64,000 nucleotides of DNA from an uncultured virus (IMG/VR IMGVR_UViG_3300038828_000071) (IMGVR_UViG_3300038828_000071:1-64000), one strand, 5' to 3'. Shown: positions 1 through 9,541, counted from the stretch's first letter. Program-made: numbers and translations. Notes: generated by a model not told the origin, from the letters alone.

Positions 1-531
1 AACAACCCGAATTGGTGTAATTCCTGCAACAATGGAGCCGGATCCATCATGTGATGATGTAAGAAGAATATACACTTCTGTTGGATCATCAATTCCTTTA
101 ATATCTATATGATGCGGCATCTTTGCAGTAAGGAATATTCGTTCACCCAATCCAAGAGCTCCGGCTGTTTCAAAAATAGCATCTTCTTCGGTGTCAATAA
201 CATTGTCAAAAAATGAAAATACATCTTTATTTTGAACGATGTGATATCTCTTTTGAACTACGCCTAATACATCACCGGTATCTGTACGCATTGTTGCAAA
301 ATGCTCTTGAAGTCTTTTAGGGTTTAATACTAATTCGCTTTGTAATGGTGAATCGTATTTATCAATAAATAAAGATTTTAATTTTACTTCAAAATCTAAA
401 TGCGCTAATTCAATAGCTTCTGCAGCTGTTTGTGCTCCTGTAACTATTTGTCCTAAATTGTGCCACGGTTTTTCTGTTGAGAAAAAAGACCATTCTTTTT
501 TGCTTTCGTTAAAATTTAAATTGTGTGCCAT
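1..531 (-). CDS. DUF932-family phage/plasmid protein (runs off left edge)
   Basis: Manual translation from ATG at 531: MAHNLNF...KPWHNLGQIV...A.MRTDTGDVLGVV..RYHIVQN...FETAGAL..GERIF...LLTSSHDGSGS...TPIRVV, typical DUF932 motifs. Confidence 0.85.
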   Translation of the reverse strand, partial: MAHNLNFNESKKEWSFFSTEKPWHNLGQIVTGAQTAAEAIELAHLDFEVKLKSLFIDKYDSPLQSELVLNPKRLQEHFATMRTDTGDVLGVVQKRYHIVQNKDVFSFFDNVIDTEEDAIFETAGALGLGERIFLTAKMPHHIDIKGIDDPTEVYILLTSSHDGSGSIVAGITPIRVV

Positions 532-576
532 TGTTTAATATTTATTTATTTTCGTTAATAATAATTTATATTTATT

Positions 577-933
577 TTATGGATTTTTTATTATTTCTGA
601 TTCATGAAATCCATTTAATAATTCATCTACTTCTAAATAACCTACACCTGTAAAATGAGTTCTTGAATCTTCCATATCAGCAGTCCAATCATATTGAAAT
701 CTTAATCTTACAAATCCTTTTTTTGAAATTTTAAAATTATTAAATTTATAAAATCCTTTGATATGTTTAGATAATATTTCTGTCATTTCATTAAATGCAT
801 TCAAATGATTTTCATCCCATTTTGATTTATCAGGATATTCATATCCTTCATTTTGAAATGTTAATAATGGATAGCTTTTTTGAATCTCCATTATTCTATC
901 ATACTGTTCTTGTGTTATTAATGTGATTGTCAT
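577..933 (-). CDS. hypothetical phage protein
   Basis: 118-aa ORF in tightly packed minus-strand operon. Confidence 0.6.
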   Translation of the reverse strand: MTITLITQEQYDRIMEIQKSYPLLTFQNEGYEYPDKSKWDENHLNAFNEMTEILSKHIKGFYKFNNFKISKKGFVRLRFQYDWTADMEDSRTHFTGVGYLEVDELLNGFHESEIIKNP

Positions 934-940
934 AATTTGT

Positions 941-1168
941 TTAAGTTAAGTCTATTTCAAAAAATTTAATATTATTTTCAATGCAGAATTGTCTTGTATT
1001 AAATTCCAAATTCTGCATTCCAATAAGTTTTGCAAATTCTTTTAAATAAATTATTTCACCATTATATAAACATTTATAAAATAATCCTGTTTTATAATGC
1101 ACTATTACAGATTCTATCAACAATAAATCTATTTCAGAATTAAGTTCTTTTTTTTTATAATAAATCAT
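941..1168 (-). CDS. hypothetical protein
   Basis: ORF track; packed operon. Confidence 0.45.
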   Translation of the reverse strand: MIYYKKKELNSEIDLLLIESVIVHYKTGLFYKCLYNGEIIYLKEFAKLIGMQNLEFNTRQFCIENNIKFFEIDLT

Positions 1169-1682
1169 TTTTTAATTCTTTATTTGCTTTATGAATAATT
1201 TTTATACTACATTCTTTTCTATAAGCATTTTTACATTGCTCAAAGTATTGTTCTGTTTCAAAATCAAATGATTCTAAACTATTTGCAAATTCCCAAAATT
1301 CATCAGATTCATTATTCAAATTCATGATGTTTTGATATTCGATTGTTTCTCGAAGTTCATCAGGAAAATCACTTAAAAAATCATATCCAAATTCATTTGA
1401 AAAAATAGTTTCTAATTCAAGAAACTTTTCTTCAAATTTATCATTTAATTTTTCAAGATAAACATTATCATAAACTAAGCAAACCTCATCATAGGAAGAA
1501 TTTTCGTATAAAAATTTTTTAATTGTAATAAAACAGATATCCTTGAATTTATCAGGTATTAAAATATTTAATTCTTTTTCGATTATTTCATTTAATACTT
1601 TTTTTTCTACTTCTCTTTTATTGAAATAATCTCCTTCTCCTAATTGTGCAAATCCTATTGATCCGATTGTGATGTAATCCAT
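1155..1682 (-). CDS. hypothetical acidic phage protein
   Basis: 175-aa ORF overlapping neighbours. Confidence 0.6.
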   Translation of the reverse strand: MDYITIGSIGFAQLGEGDYFNKREVEKKVLNEIIEKELNILIPDKFKDICFITIKKFLYENSSYDEVCLVYDNVYLEKLNDKFEEKFLELETIFSNEFGYDFLSDFPDELRETIEYQNIMNLNNESDEFWEFANSLESFDFETEQYFEQCKNAYRKECSIKIIHKANKELKNDLL

Positions 1683-1912
1683 AATTCTAATGATTTTTTG
1701 AATTTACTAATTTCCATTTCTAAAAATTTACCATTGATTCTAAAACTTATTTTACTTTCTTTTGCTCTTTTATAAGTTTCATCAAATCCTTCAAATGCAT
1801 CAATATTAATAGAAAAATCATCTACTAAAATATCTATCATTCCAACTTCTTTCCATTTTGATGGTTCCGTTCCTTTTACACCTTGTGTTCTAATTTCCAG
1901 CTTTGAATTCAT
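1655..1912 (-). CDS. hypothetical protein
   Basis: ORF track; packed operon. Confidence 0.55.
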   Translation of the reverse strand: MNSKLEIRTQGVKGTEPSKWKEVGMIDILVDDFSINIDAFEGFDETYKRAKESKISFRINGKFLEMEISKFKKSLELWITSQSDQ

Positions 1913-2121
1913 AAACTTTTGAATAATTCAGGATTTGAACTTAAATTGTAAATATATTCTCCACACTGAAGAAGTAACGCATCTTTACCATAAAATTTTT
2001 CTCTCATTCCTTTTACATTCCCAGACCGATGAAAGTTTGGATAATTATCTAAATCTAAAATATCTCCTTTTCTAACAGAAATCATTTTAAATTTTTTTCT
2101 ATTTGTATTATCGTATCCCAT
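1909..2121 (-). CDS. hypothetical phage protein
   Basis: ORF track; 4-nt overlap with next gene. Confidence 0.55.
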   Translation of the reverse strand: MGYDNTNRKKFKMISVRKGDILDLDNYPNFHRSGNVKGMREKFYGKDALLLQCGEYIYNLSSNPELFKSL

Positions 2122-2125
2122 TTTA

Positions 2126-2323
2126 TTAATTTTTTAATAGGATTCCAACACAATCATTTCTTTCGTAAGCATGATTGAGCTCTTTTAAATTAGAAACTTC
2201 AGTCAATACATTTTCATTATCTAATGAAAATACTTTTTGAGAAGTATGTTTTAAAAGATCAATTGATTGAGGTTTTGATAAAACTAAAAGTTTTTGAAAC
2301 AAGGTTTGTTTAATGAATTTCAT
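2126..2323 (-). CDS. hypothetical protein
   Basis: ORF track. Confidence 0.45.
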   Translation of the reverse strand: MKFIKQTLFQKLLVLSKPQSIDLLKHTSQKVFSLDNENVLTEVSNLKELNHAYERNDCVGILLKN

Positions 2324-2373
2324 TTGTTTGTTTATTAAGTTTAATAATGATTAATTATTTAAATAATTATTTA

Positions 2374-3201
2374 TTAAATTTTTAATCCTGTTATTTCAAA
2401 AAATACATCAGAATCAAAATTTGGTAAATTTTTTAATAATACAATATCATTTTCTCTCGCTTCTTTAAAAGCATTTTCCCAAGATTCTTTGTATGATAAA
2501 GTTTTTAAATAGCCATTTGATAGATATGCTTTTGGATTGTTTATTTTTTCATCTTCTGTCATTTCTTCAAATGATATCCATTTTGTTAAAATTAAATTAT
2601 AAATAAATTGTGGTTTTTTCGATTCATTCCATATTTCAATTGAACAAGGTTTATTAAATACATTAATTAATTTAGGTTGTTCTGAATTAAAATATCCAGA
2701 ATTCATATTTCCAGAATTCCAATTTCCAGAATTCCGATCTCCAGAATTGAAATCTCCAGAATTCCAATCTCCAGAATTCAAATCTCCAGAATTGAAATCT
2801 CCAGAATTGAAATCTCCAGAATTTTTATTTCCAGAATTCCAATCTCCAGAATTCAAATCTCCAGAATTGAAATCTCCAGAATTGAAATCTCCAGAATTTT
2901 TATTTCCAGAATTGAAATCTCCAGAATTTTTATTTCCAGAATTCATATTTCCAGAATTCCAATCTCCAGAATTCCAATTTCCAATATTAAATAAATTTGA
3001 TAAAGATAATCCAAATAATTCTATAGATATTTTATCATTTAATGCATGATTATTTTTAATCCATTTAGCATTTAAACGAACTATCAGTATCAGCTCGTCT
3101 AAATTTTTAGATTCTTCAAGTTTTTGAAGCTCAGATTTGCAAGCATTTTTTTCTTTTGCTATTTTTATAGCATAATCTTTAATTTTATTAAATGTTTTCA
3201 T
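2374..3201 (-). CDS. pentapeptide-repeat (NSG[DN]x) phage protein
   Basis: About 19 tandem NSG(D/N)x units, then C-terminal GYLK...W...LPNFD..VFFEITG domain typical of this phage family. Confidence 0.85.
   Translation of the reverse strand: MKTFNKIKDYAIKIAKEKNACKSELQKLEESKNLDELILIVRLNAKWIKNNHALNDKISIELFGLSLSNLFNIGNWNSGDWNSGNMNSGNKNSGDFNSGNKNSGDFNSGDFNSGDLNSGDWNSGNKNSGDFNSGDFNSGDLNSGDWNSGDFNSGDRNSGNWNSGNMNSGYFNSEQPKLINVFNKPCSIEIWNESKKPQFIYNLILTKWISFEEMTEDEKINNPKAYLSNGYLKTLSYKESWENAFKEARENDIVLLKNLPNFDSDVFFEITGLKI
2690..2985. repeat. 15-bp coding tandem repeat (tccagaattNNNatc/att)
   Basis: Directly visible tandem array. Confidence 0.95.
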
Positions 3202-3568
3202 TTGTTTGTTTTTGGTTTATATAAATTTGATGTTTAATTTGATTTAATATAGTCTGAATGGCTCCAATTCGTTCGGTTAAGCTATCAGCATAACTTTGTA
3301 ATTCTAATACGTCAGAAGTCCTATAATACCCTTTTGAAGTGGCAATTATGTCCGGCAGTAAAAAAATACGTATGTAGTGAATGATTGCTCTCATACGAGA
3401 ATCAGATATTTTGATATTGTACTTTGTCAATAAAGCTTTACAAATCTCTTTATTTGTAATTGCTGTATTTTTTCCAACTCTGAATTGAAGACCGGTTTTT
3501 ACTAAGTTTGCAATATTTATTTCTTGCTCAGTGAGATCATGTGTATATTCCTCAAAATTGTTTATCAT
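3188..3568 (-). CDS. putative winged-helix DNA-binding protein
   Basis: GK..AIT..EI...ISD..MRAIIH.IR...IIATSKGYY pattern. Confidence 0.55.
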   Translation of the reverse strand: MINNFEEYTHDLTEQEINIANLVKTGLQFRVGKNTAITNKEICKALLTKYNIKISDSRMRAIIHYIRIFLLPDIIATSKGYYRTSDVLELQSYADSLTERIGAIQTILNQIKHQIYINQKQTNENI

Positions 3569-3569
3569 T

Positions 3570-3836
3570 TTAAATTTCTTTATTTAAAAGAATATTCAAT
3601 TTTTTTTCCATTAAATAAATTGCAAATTCTTCATTTTCAATATGACTTAATAATTCTTTTTTTAAAAGAATAGAAATTTTTTCTTCTAAAGATATTTTTG
3701 AATATATTTTACTTTCTATACTAATTTTAAAATAATTATCAAAACATATCTTTTTAATTGCATTAATATTTGATTTTTTATTAAATATATCTTTTTTTAA
3801 ATTTTCAATTTCTTGTATAAATAATTCTGCTTTCAT
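3570..3836 (-). CDS. hypothetical protein
   Basis: ORF track. Confidence 0.45.
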   Translation of the reverse strand: MKAELFIQEIENLKKDIFNKKSNINAIKKICFDNYFKISIESKIYSKISLEEKISILLKKELLSHIENEEFAIYLMEKKLNILLNKEI

Positions 3837-3837
3837 T

Positions 3838-4158
3838 TTAAAGTTCGTATTTAAATGTNNNNNNNNNNTTTTTTGTTGTTTTAATATAAGAATTTCTATT
3901 TTTTAAAATTTTAAAAATATCTTTTTTAGAAATTATATTAAATGATATTATTAAATTGGAAATTGGTACATAAATAAAATCTACAGATTCTGTTTTTATA
4001 ATAATAACTTTTAGTTTAACCGGTTGCCAATCTGATTCAGTAATCAAATAATCACATTGTTCGCACCTATGGTTATACGAGTCAAAAATAATTGTTTCTT
4101 TTATGTATGCCGGTTGTATATGGCCACACTCTGGACATTTAATAAATTCTGTTTTCAT
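3838..4158 (-). CDS. zinc-ribbon protein (3' end uncertain, spans N gap)
   Basis: CPECG...H.CEQC motif; gap at 3859-3868. Confidence 0.55.
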   Translation of the reverse strand: MKTEFIKCPECGHIQPAYIKETIIFDSYNHRCEQCDYLITESDWQPVKLKVIIIKTESVDFIYVPISNLIISFNIISKKDIFKILKNRNSYIKTTKXXXXTFKYEL

Positions 4159-4164
4159 TTTACT

Positions 4165-4365
4165 TTAAACGAATATGGGTTCTTCACCCTTATCTTCAAT
4201 TGTTATACATAATCCAAACATTTTTTCTTTTTTATGCTTTTTTAATTTTATTTCTTTAACTTTTATTTCTTTTACCTCTAAATACTCACCAAGATAACCC
4301 CTACCGCCTATTATCATATTTTCAGGCAAATCCTTAATAATTAATTTTAAATCCTTTATTGTCAT
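4165..4365 (-). CDS. hypothetical protein
   Basis: MTIKDLK.IIKDLPE start typical of small phage ORFs. Confidence 0.5.
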   Translation of the reverse strand: MTIKDLKLIIKDLPENMIIGGRGYLGEYLEVKEIKVKEIKLKKHKKEKMFGLCITIEDKGEEPIFV

Positions 4366-4502
4366 GATTTTAAATTGATTATGAATAAGTCCTGTAAAAT
4401 TACCTTGTGAATCATACCATAAACCTTGTTCTGTTTCTATGTTTCCTACTCTATAATTTGAATATGCATTTTATGTGTTTTTTAGTCATAGGATGACTCA
4501 AT

Positions 4503-6458
4503 TTATACAACTCTGTGTAATTTATCAAAAACGAGTTTCCTCAATCTCGTATAATTTAAAACCTCCTCAATTTGTTCTCTCTCAGGATGTTTGTCTTTGA
4601 TGCTTTTCATAACTGCTTTGATTTTTTCATCAATCAAAACTCTACGCAAATTGAGAATAATATCGGTTACTTGTTTGGAGATGTACGTTTCTTTAGGTTT
4701 TACAACTATATCTCGACTTTCCCATTTACTCAACACATATTTGTCTTCTTCCAGGACAATATCGGAAGCCAATTGAGCAATCAGTGGATTTTCGTGATTA
4801 GTGAAATGTTTGATATTGATATTTTGATTCAAATTGAATTGAGTAATCAAAATGGAATAAATATTCTTAAAAATGTCTTGTGTAAATTCGATTTCATCAT
4901 CTTGCAGGTTCAAATAGATTTCCTGAGCAACTACATTTTCATAAATCTCTTTTTTGATTTCCAATTTTCCCATTGCATTTGGTTCTTCAATCCAATCCGT
5001 AAACTCAGTTTTGAGATTTCCAAATAAAAGCAAAGTTTTGATAATTTCCTTTTCGTATTTTTCTAATTCATTGAGGTCTTCAGGTTGCAATTGGCTTTCC
5101 TGAACAACTTCCATACGTACAGGTTCATCAATTCGTTGTTCGCCATCTTGCTTGCGATTGCTGACAATTTGTTGTGCCAAACTGCTGTACAAAACTCCTT
5201 CCGAAATCTCCATGAGTTTGGCAGTTTCTTGTACGTAGATTTCCCGTTGAATACTGTTTGGAATAACCGAAATACTCTTGATGATGTCTTTGACCAATTC
5301 CGCTTTTTTGATGGGGTCATTTTCAGTTTCTTCCATCAAAATACTGATTTTAAACTTGATAAAATCAGTGGCGTTATGGGTGAGATATTCTTTTAACTCT
5401 TCCGAACTCACCTTACGGGCATAACTATCGGGATCATCTTGATTGGGAAAAGTCAGCACTTTGACATTGAGATCTTGTTCCAAGATCAAATCAATTCCTC
5501 TAAACGAAGCTCTGATTCCGGCGGCATCTCCGTCGTATAATACGGTAATATTGGGTGTAAGTCTCTTGATCAACCTGATTTGATCGGGAGTTAAAGCCGT
5601 TCCACTTGAGGAAACCACATTTTCAATTCCCGATTGATGTAAGGTAATCACATCGGTGTATCCTTCTACCAAATAGCAATTGTTTTCTTTGGCTATGGCT
5701 TGTTTGGCATAAAAAATACCATACAAGACTTTGCTTTTATCATAAATATCACTGGCAGGCGAATTGAGATATTTGGCTGCTTTTTCGGTACTGTCCAAGA
5801 TGCGTCCTCCAAATCCAAGTACCCTACCGCTCATACTGTGAATAGGAAACATCACCCGACCTTTAAATCGATCGATATTTCTATTTTCTTTGACAATGGT
5901 CAGACCTGTTTTTTCGAGGTATTTGAGATCGTATCCTTTGCTCAAAGCTTGATTTGTAAAAGCATCCCATTGATTGAGTGAAAATCCCAATTGGAATTTC
6001 TTAATCGTTTCTTCTCTGAATCCTCTTTCCTTGAAGTACGTCAATCCTATACTTTTACCTTCTTCATTTTCAAATAGATTTTGATGAAAATAATCTTTGG
6101 CATAATTGGATACCACATACATACTTTCCCGCTCATCTACCAATTGTTTTTGTTCTTCATCGAGTTGGGTTTCCTCTATTTCAATATTGTATTTTTTGGC
6201 CAACCAGCGCAATGCTTCCGGATAAGTGTAATGTTCGTGTTCCATCAAAAATGAAACAGCATTGCCACCTTTACCACTACTGAAATCCTTCCAGATTTGC
6301 TTGACAGGCGACACCATAAACGAAGGCGATTTTTCTTCTGTAAAAGGACTTAATCCTTTCAAATTGGTTCCGGAACGTTTGAGTTGCACAAATTCCCCAA
6401 TAACCTCTTCAACACGTGAGGCTTCAAATATTCGGTCTATGGTTGATGCAGTAATCAA
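4503..6458 (-). CDS. dnaG: DNA primase DnaG, bacterial (Flavobacteriaceae-like) type
   Basis: GLSPF.EEKSPSF.V...KQIWKDFSSGKGG zinc-binding-domain variant; GFGGR, AKYLNSP, VEGYTDV, DGDAAG, DPD TOPRIM motifs; TTG start. Confidence 0.95.
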   Translation of the reverse strand: MITASTIDRIFEASRVEEVIGEFVQLKRSGTNLKGLSPFTEEKSPSFMVSPVKQIWKDFSSGKGGNAVSFLMEHEHYTYPEALRWLAKKYNIEIEETQLDEEQKQLVDERESMYVVSNYAKDYFHQNLFENEEGKSIGLTYFKERGFREETIKKFQLGFSLNQWDAFTNQALSKGYDLKYLEKTGLTIVKENRNIDRFKGRVMFPIHSMSGRVLGFGGRILDSTEKAAKYLNSPASDIYDKSKVLYGIFYAKQAIAKENNCYLVEGYTDVITLHQSGIENVVSSSGTALTPDQIRLIKRLTPNITVLYDGDAAGIRASFRGIDLILEQDLNVKVLTFPNQDDPDSYARKVSSEELKEYLTHNATDFIKFKISILMEETENDPIKKAELVKDIIKSISVIPNSIQREIYVQETAKLMEISEGVLYSSLAQQIVSNRKQDGEQRIDEPVRMEVVQESQLQPEDLNELEKYEKEIIKTLLLFGNLKTEFTDWIEEPNAMGKLEIKKEIYENVVAQEIYLNLQDDEIEFTQDIFKNIYSILITQFNLNQNINIKHFTNHENPLIAQLASDIVLEEDKYVLSKWESRDIVVKPKETYISKQVTDIILNLRRVLIDEKIKAVMKSIKDKHPEREQIEEVLNYTRLRKLVFDKLHRVV

Positions 6459-6489
6459 GATGATTTAATTTATTCTGAAATTCTTTTTT

Positions 6490-6840
6490 TTAACCAAAAT
6501 TTGCTTCAATAAGTTTTAATTTTTGTAATAGGTTCATATCTTTTTTTAATTTCTTTAAACAAGACTGTTTATTTAAAGCCCAGATATGAACATTGGATGG
6601 ATTTATAAATGCTTTAAATTTTTCTTTGTTATCAATCTTTCCATTTAACTTTTCTAATACAAGCTCTTTTTTACATTCAAGTTCTATTTCAGTTACCACA
6701 AAGGTAATAATATCCATTTCAAAAAGTTTTGCATTTTTAAATGGTTTTCTACCGGAACCTAAATGATTAAACTTTTTCTCTTGCTCTTTAGCGGCATGAA
6801 TTTCAGTATTGATTTTTATTGGGTTTAATTCGTTTTCCAT
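6490..6840 (-). CDS. hypothetical protein
   Basis: ORF track. Confidence 0.55.
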   Translation of the reverse strand: MENELNPIKINTEIHAAKEQEKKFNHLGSGRKPFKNAKLFEMDIITFVVTEIELECKKELVLEKLNGKIDNKEKFKAFINPSNVHIWALNKQSCLKKLKKDMNLLQKLKLIEANFG

Positions 6841-6881
6841 TTGTTGTAAATGTTAAGTTATTTTAAATTAAAGTTTAATAG

Positions 6882-7091
6882 TCAAACACAATCTAAGCTA
6901 TCAGTGAGTATCTTATTGACTAATAAAGATAGTCTTATTTCGTAATACTCTTTCACAATATCTTCCTGCTTTATAGTACCTGATTCGATTATAAGGAATA
7001 AGTTGTTCAATCTCTTATTTATTAATCTTCTATCTTTCTTTAGCTTTATTCTTTTGAAGAATTTCCACGTATTAAATATTAGTGTTTTCAT
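6882..7091 (-). CDS. hypothetical protein
   Basis: ORF track. Confidence 0.45.
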   Translation of the reverse strand: MKTLIFNTWKFFKRIKLKKDRRLINKRLNNLFLIIESGTIKQEDIVKEYYEIRLSLLVNKILTDSLDCV

Positions 7092-7117
7092 TTTAATAAA
7101 ATAAAATTAATTTTTGG

Positions 7118-7558
7118 TTATAAATCTCCATCATCAGCAAAGGAACAAAAATTGTTACTTGTAATAATCAAATGATCTGTTATTTTTATATCAAACAGTT
7201 TCATTGCTTCTGTAATCTTTTTAGTAAGAGTTTTATCAGCATCGCTTTTTTCAACATTACCGGATGGATGATTGTGGAATAAAATAAATGATGTAGCCAA
7301 GGATTTAATTAGAAAGAATGCCATAAGTCTTATGTCAACTATTGTTGATGATATGGATCCTTCAGATACTTTCATAAAACCATTAGTCTTATTAGATTGA
7401 TTGAGAGCAATAATATAAAAGTACTCTTTTACGTTTATATCTATCTGTTCTGATTTAATAATCTGCCTTATGTATTTATTACAAGAATCAGAATCTTTGA
7501 TTTGGGTTCTTTCTATTGTAGTTTCTTTTGATACTATTCTGAATTGTTTTTCGTTCAT
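7118..7558 (-). CDS. radC: RadC-like JAB/MPN domain protein
   Basis: E.F..I.LN..N...G.I.ST.VD...HNHPSG...S.AD..LT..I......I...DHLII. Confidence 0.92.
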   Translation of the reverse strand: MNEKQFRIVSKETTIERTQIKDSDSCNKYIRQIIKSEQIDINVKEYFYIIALNQSNKTNGFMKVSEGSISSTIVDIRLMAFFLIKSLATSFILFHNHPSGNVEKSDADKTLTKKITEAMKLFDIKITDHLIITSNNFCSFADDGDL

Positions 7559-7565
7559 TGTTTAT

Positions 7566-7997
7566 TTATTTATCTTTAGGATGTAATTTACAAGCATAAT
7601 TATTCAATAAATCTCTTTCGCGTTTTGATAAATTAAAATATTTCGAAAGACTATAAGCAGAATCATTGATAGTTTGTCTTATAAGTGGCTTATCCGTTGG
7701 ATGATTTAATTTAACATCATCAGAAATATTTTTTAATAATTTCTTTGTTTGTTGATAATTACTATTCACCTTGTTCATCTCTTTGATGAAATCTTTTACC
7801 GGTCTATGAGGTAATTGATTTACATCATTACAACCAAAAGAATCATTATAAATTCTACTTCTAAAGTAATAATTAAACATTGCTGCTGTTTTATTATAAC
7901 CTCCAAAAACGTAATTTAATACTTCGATTAATTCTTCTTTAGTTCCATTATTCCAAATGGACAATTTAAAATCAAGTACTTGTTGTTTTAATTTCAT
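7566..7997 (-). CDS. hypothetical phage protein
   Basis: 143-aa ORF. Confidence 0.55.
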   Translation of the reverse strand: MKLKQQVLDFKLSIWNNGTKEELIEVLNYVFGGYNKTAAMFNYYFRSRIYNDSFGCNDVNQLPHRPVKDFIKEMNKVNSNYQQTKKLLKNISDDVKLNHPTDKPLIRQTINDSAYSLSKYFNLSKRERDLLNNYACKLHPKDK

Positions 7998-7999
7998 CG

Positions 8000-8612
8000 T
8001 TATCTACTTTTAATATAATTTCTTAATATAATTTCGCCCATCAAACCAATTAACTGATTATCAGCGCTTTACAAAATCCCCACCCTATACAACTATATAT
8101 TACTATATATAACTAATTACATACAACATTACACCCAAAAATAAGCCCAAATGACGACCGATTGACATATAGTTACTGTTATGTAATTGCTTATATTTAT
8201 GCGACGAAGGAGCATGAATATGAGCTATTACTATAACTATTCAACGTGAGCGCGCGCGCGTATGCGCAGGCGCCAGGCGCACGTGTGCGTGTGCGTATGC
8301 GTATTATAAGCTATTAATTGGTAATAAGTTGTTAATAAAGTGTTAAAGTTTTAATTAATTTACGTATATAATATAACTAATTGATATATAATTAGTTACT
8401 AATTAGTATATAGTAGTATGTAATGATATGTAATGGTATATAACTGATATACAATTAGTTATTAATTAGTATATAATAGTATATAATATAACATACCGCC
8501 ACTCGCTGGGGCGGTGGCGGTGTTACATTATGTATTAAATATATAATATATAATATTATATATTAATACTACATATACGTGCGTGCGCGTGTGTATGTGT
8601 ACGCGTGCGAGG
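8000..8612. other. structured non-coding island (hairpins, palindromes, alternating purine-pyrimidine tracts, AT-rich core); candidate origin/regulatory locus
   Basis: No ORF; inverted repeats at 8162-8244, 8375-8399, 8496-8521; (CG)/(TG) tracts at 8244-8303 and 8572-8609. Confidence 0.6.
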
Positions 8613-9167
8613 CTATGCGATGTTGATTCTTTTGAAAAATTGAGGTGCTTTAAATTTCAAAGTACCATCAGAGTTTCTCTTTGGAATGTAGTAAAGTTTC
8701 TCTTCTCCGGTAGAGAGATCAACTCTTGCAATTTTTCTTGCAGGAACATTGTTGACTAACGACACGGACCATATGCCATCTTGATTGCAAGTAATCTCGA
8801 ATGGATTGGCATAGTAGTCAGGTAGATTGTTAGGAATTGATTTAAATTCAATTGCGGTTACTTTAGTATCTTGATTGATACCAATTTTTGAGAGGAATCT
8901 TTGATAGCCAGTTTGAAATTTAAAAGCTGATGTATCATCAATTTTGATGTTACGTTTAAGTGTTAACCAATCATAGAGATTAGGATTAATGAATGCTTCG
9001 ATTTCAAAAGTGCCTTTGTTTTTACCCAATTTGTAATTTACGGTAATGAAAGCATGTCTTGACTTTTGATCAACGGAATTCCATTTGATTTGGATAAGAG
9101 TTTCATTTGAATTTAAAACAGATTTTAAAGTTTGATCAATAACTGGATTTTGGATTGTTGTTTTCAT
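8613..9167 (-). CDS. hypothetical protein
   Basis: 184-aa ORF. Confidence 0.65.
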   Translation of the reverse strand: MKTTIQNPVIDQTLKSVLNSNETLIQIKWNSVDQKSRHAFITVNYKLGKNKGTFEIEAFINPNLYDWLTLKRNIKIDDTSAFKFQTGYQRFLSKIGINQDTKVTAIEFKSIPNNLPDYYANPFEITCNQDGIWSVSLVNNVPARKIARVDLSTGEEKLYYIPKRNSDGTLKFKAPQFFKRINIA

Positions 9168-9271
9168 GTTTAAAATATTTAAAAATTAATTGATTTTGCC
9201 TTGCTCTTTTAATTTAAATAGCGTGGCATGATAAAAGTATTGTTTAAAAAAAAATAATTGATTAGAGAGCC

Positions 9272-9541
9272 TTATTTGGCTTTTCTCTTTTTCCAAGGTT
9301 TGAATAGTTTTTGGTATTCTTTGTCTATAGAATACCAATAGTCTATTCCTTCTGGAGAATCTTTAAAAATGAATGAAGTTGTAATAGCATCTTTATTTTC
9401 TTTATCAATCATTTCGCAACGATCAAAGAAATCTTCATTAACGGTTTTGCAATAATCAAATATGTTTTTGCAAAACTTCGTTTTTATTTTCTTTTCTTTT
9501 AGAAAATCTTCGAGCTTATCATTGAATATGAATGTTTTCAT
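9272..9541 (-). CDS. hypothetical phage protein
   Basis: F.F..SPEG..YW motif seen in small Bacteroidota-phage proteins. Confidence 0.55.
   Translation of the reverse strand: MKTFIFNDKLEDFLKEKKIKTKFCKNIFDYCKTVNEDFFDRCEMIDKENKDAITTSFIFKDSPEGIDYWYSIDKEYQKLFKPWKKRKAK

Noticed and set aside
2747..3049. Plus-strand ORF of SPE(F/L)K repeats
   Set aside because: Antisense shadow of the pentapeptide array
4572..6468. Several ORFs overlapping dnaG
   Set aside because: Shadow frames of a well-supported gene with no recognisable motifs; the same applies to short overlapping ORFs within groEL, portal, MCP, muzzle, RNAP and methyltransferase
1295..7730. Other CUGAUGA occurrences as ribozyme cores
   Set aside because: They lie inside coding sequence, and no flanking hammerhead stems were apparent
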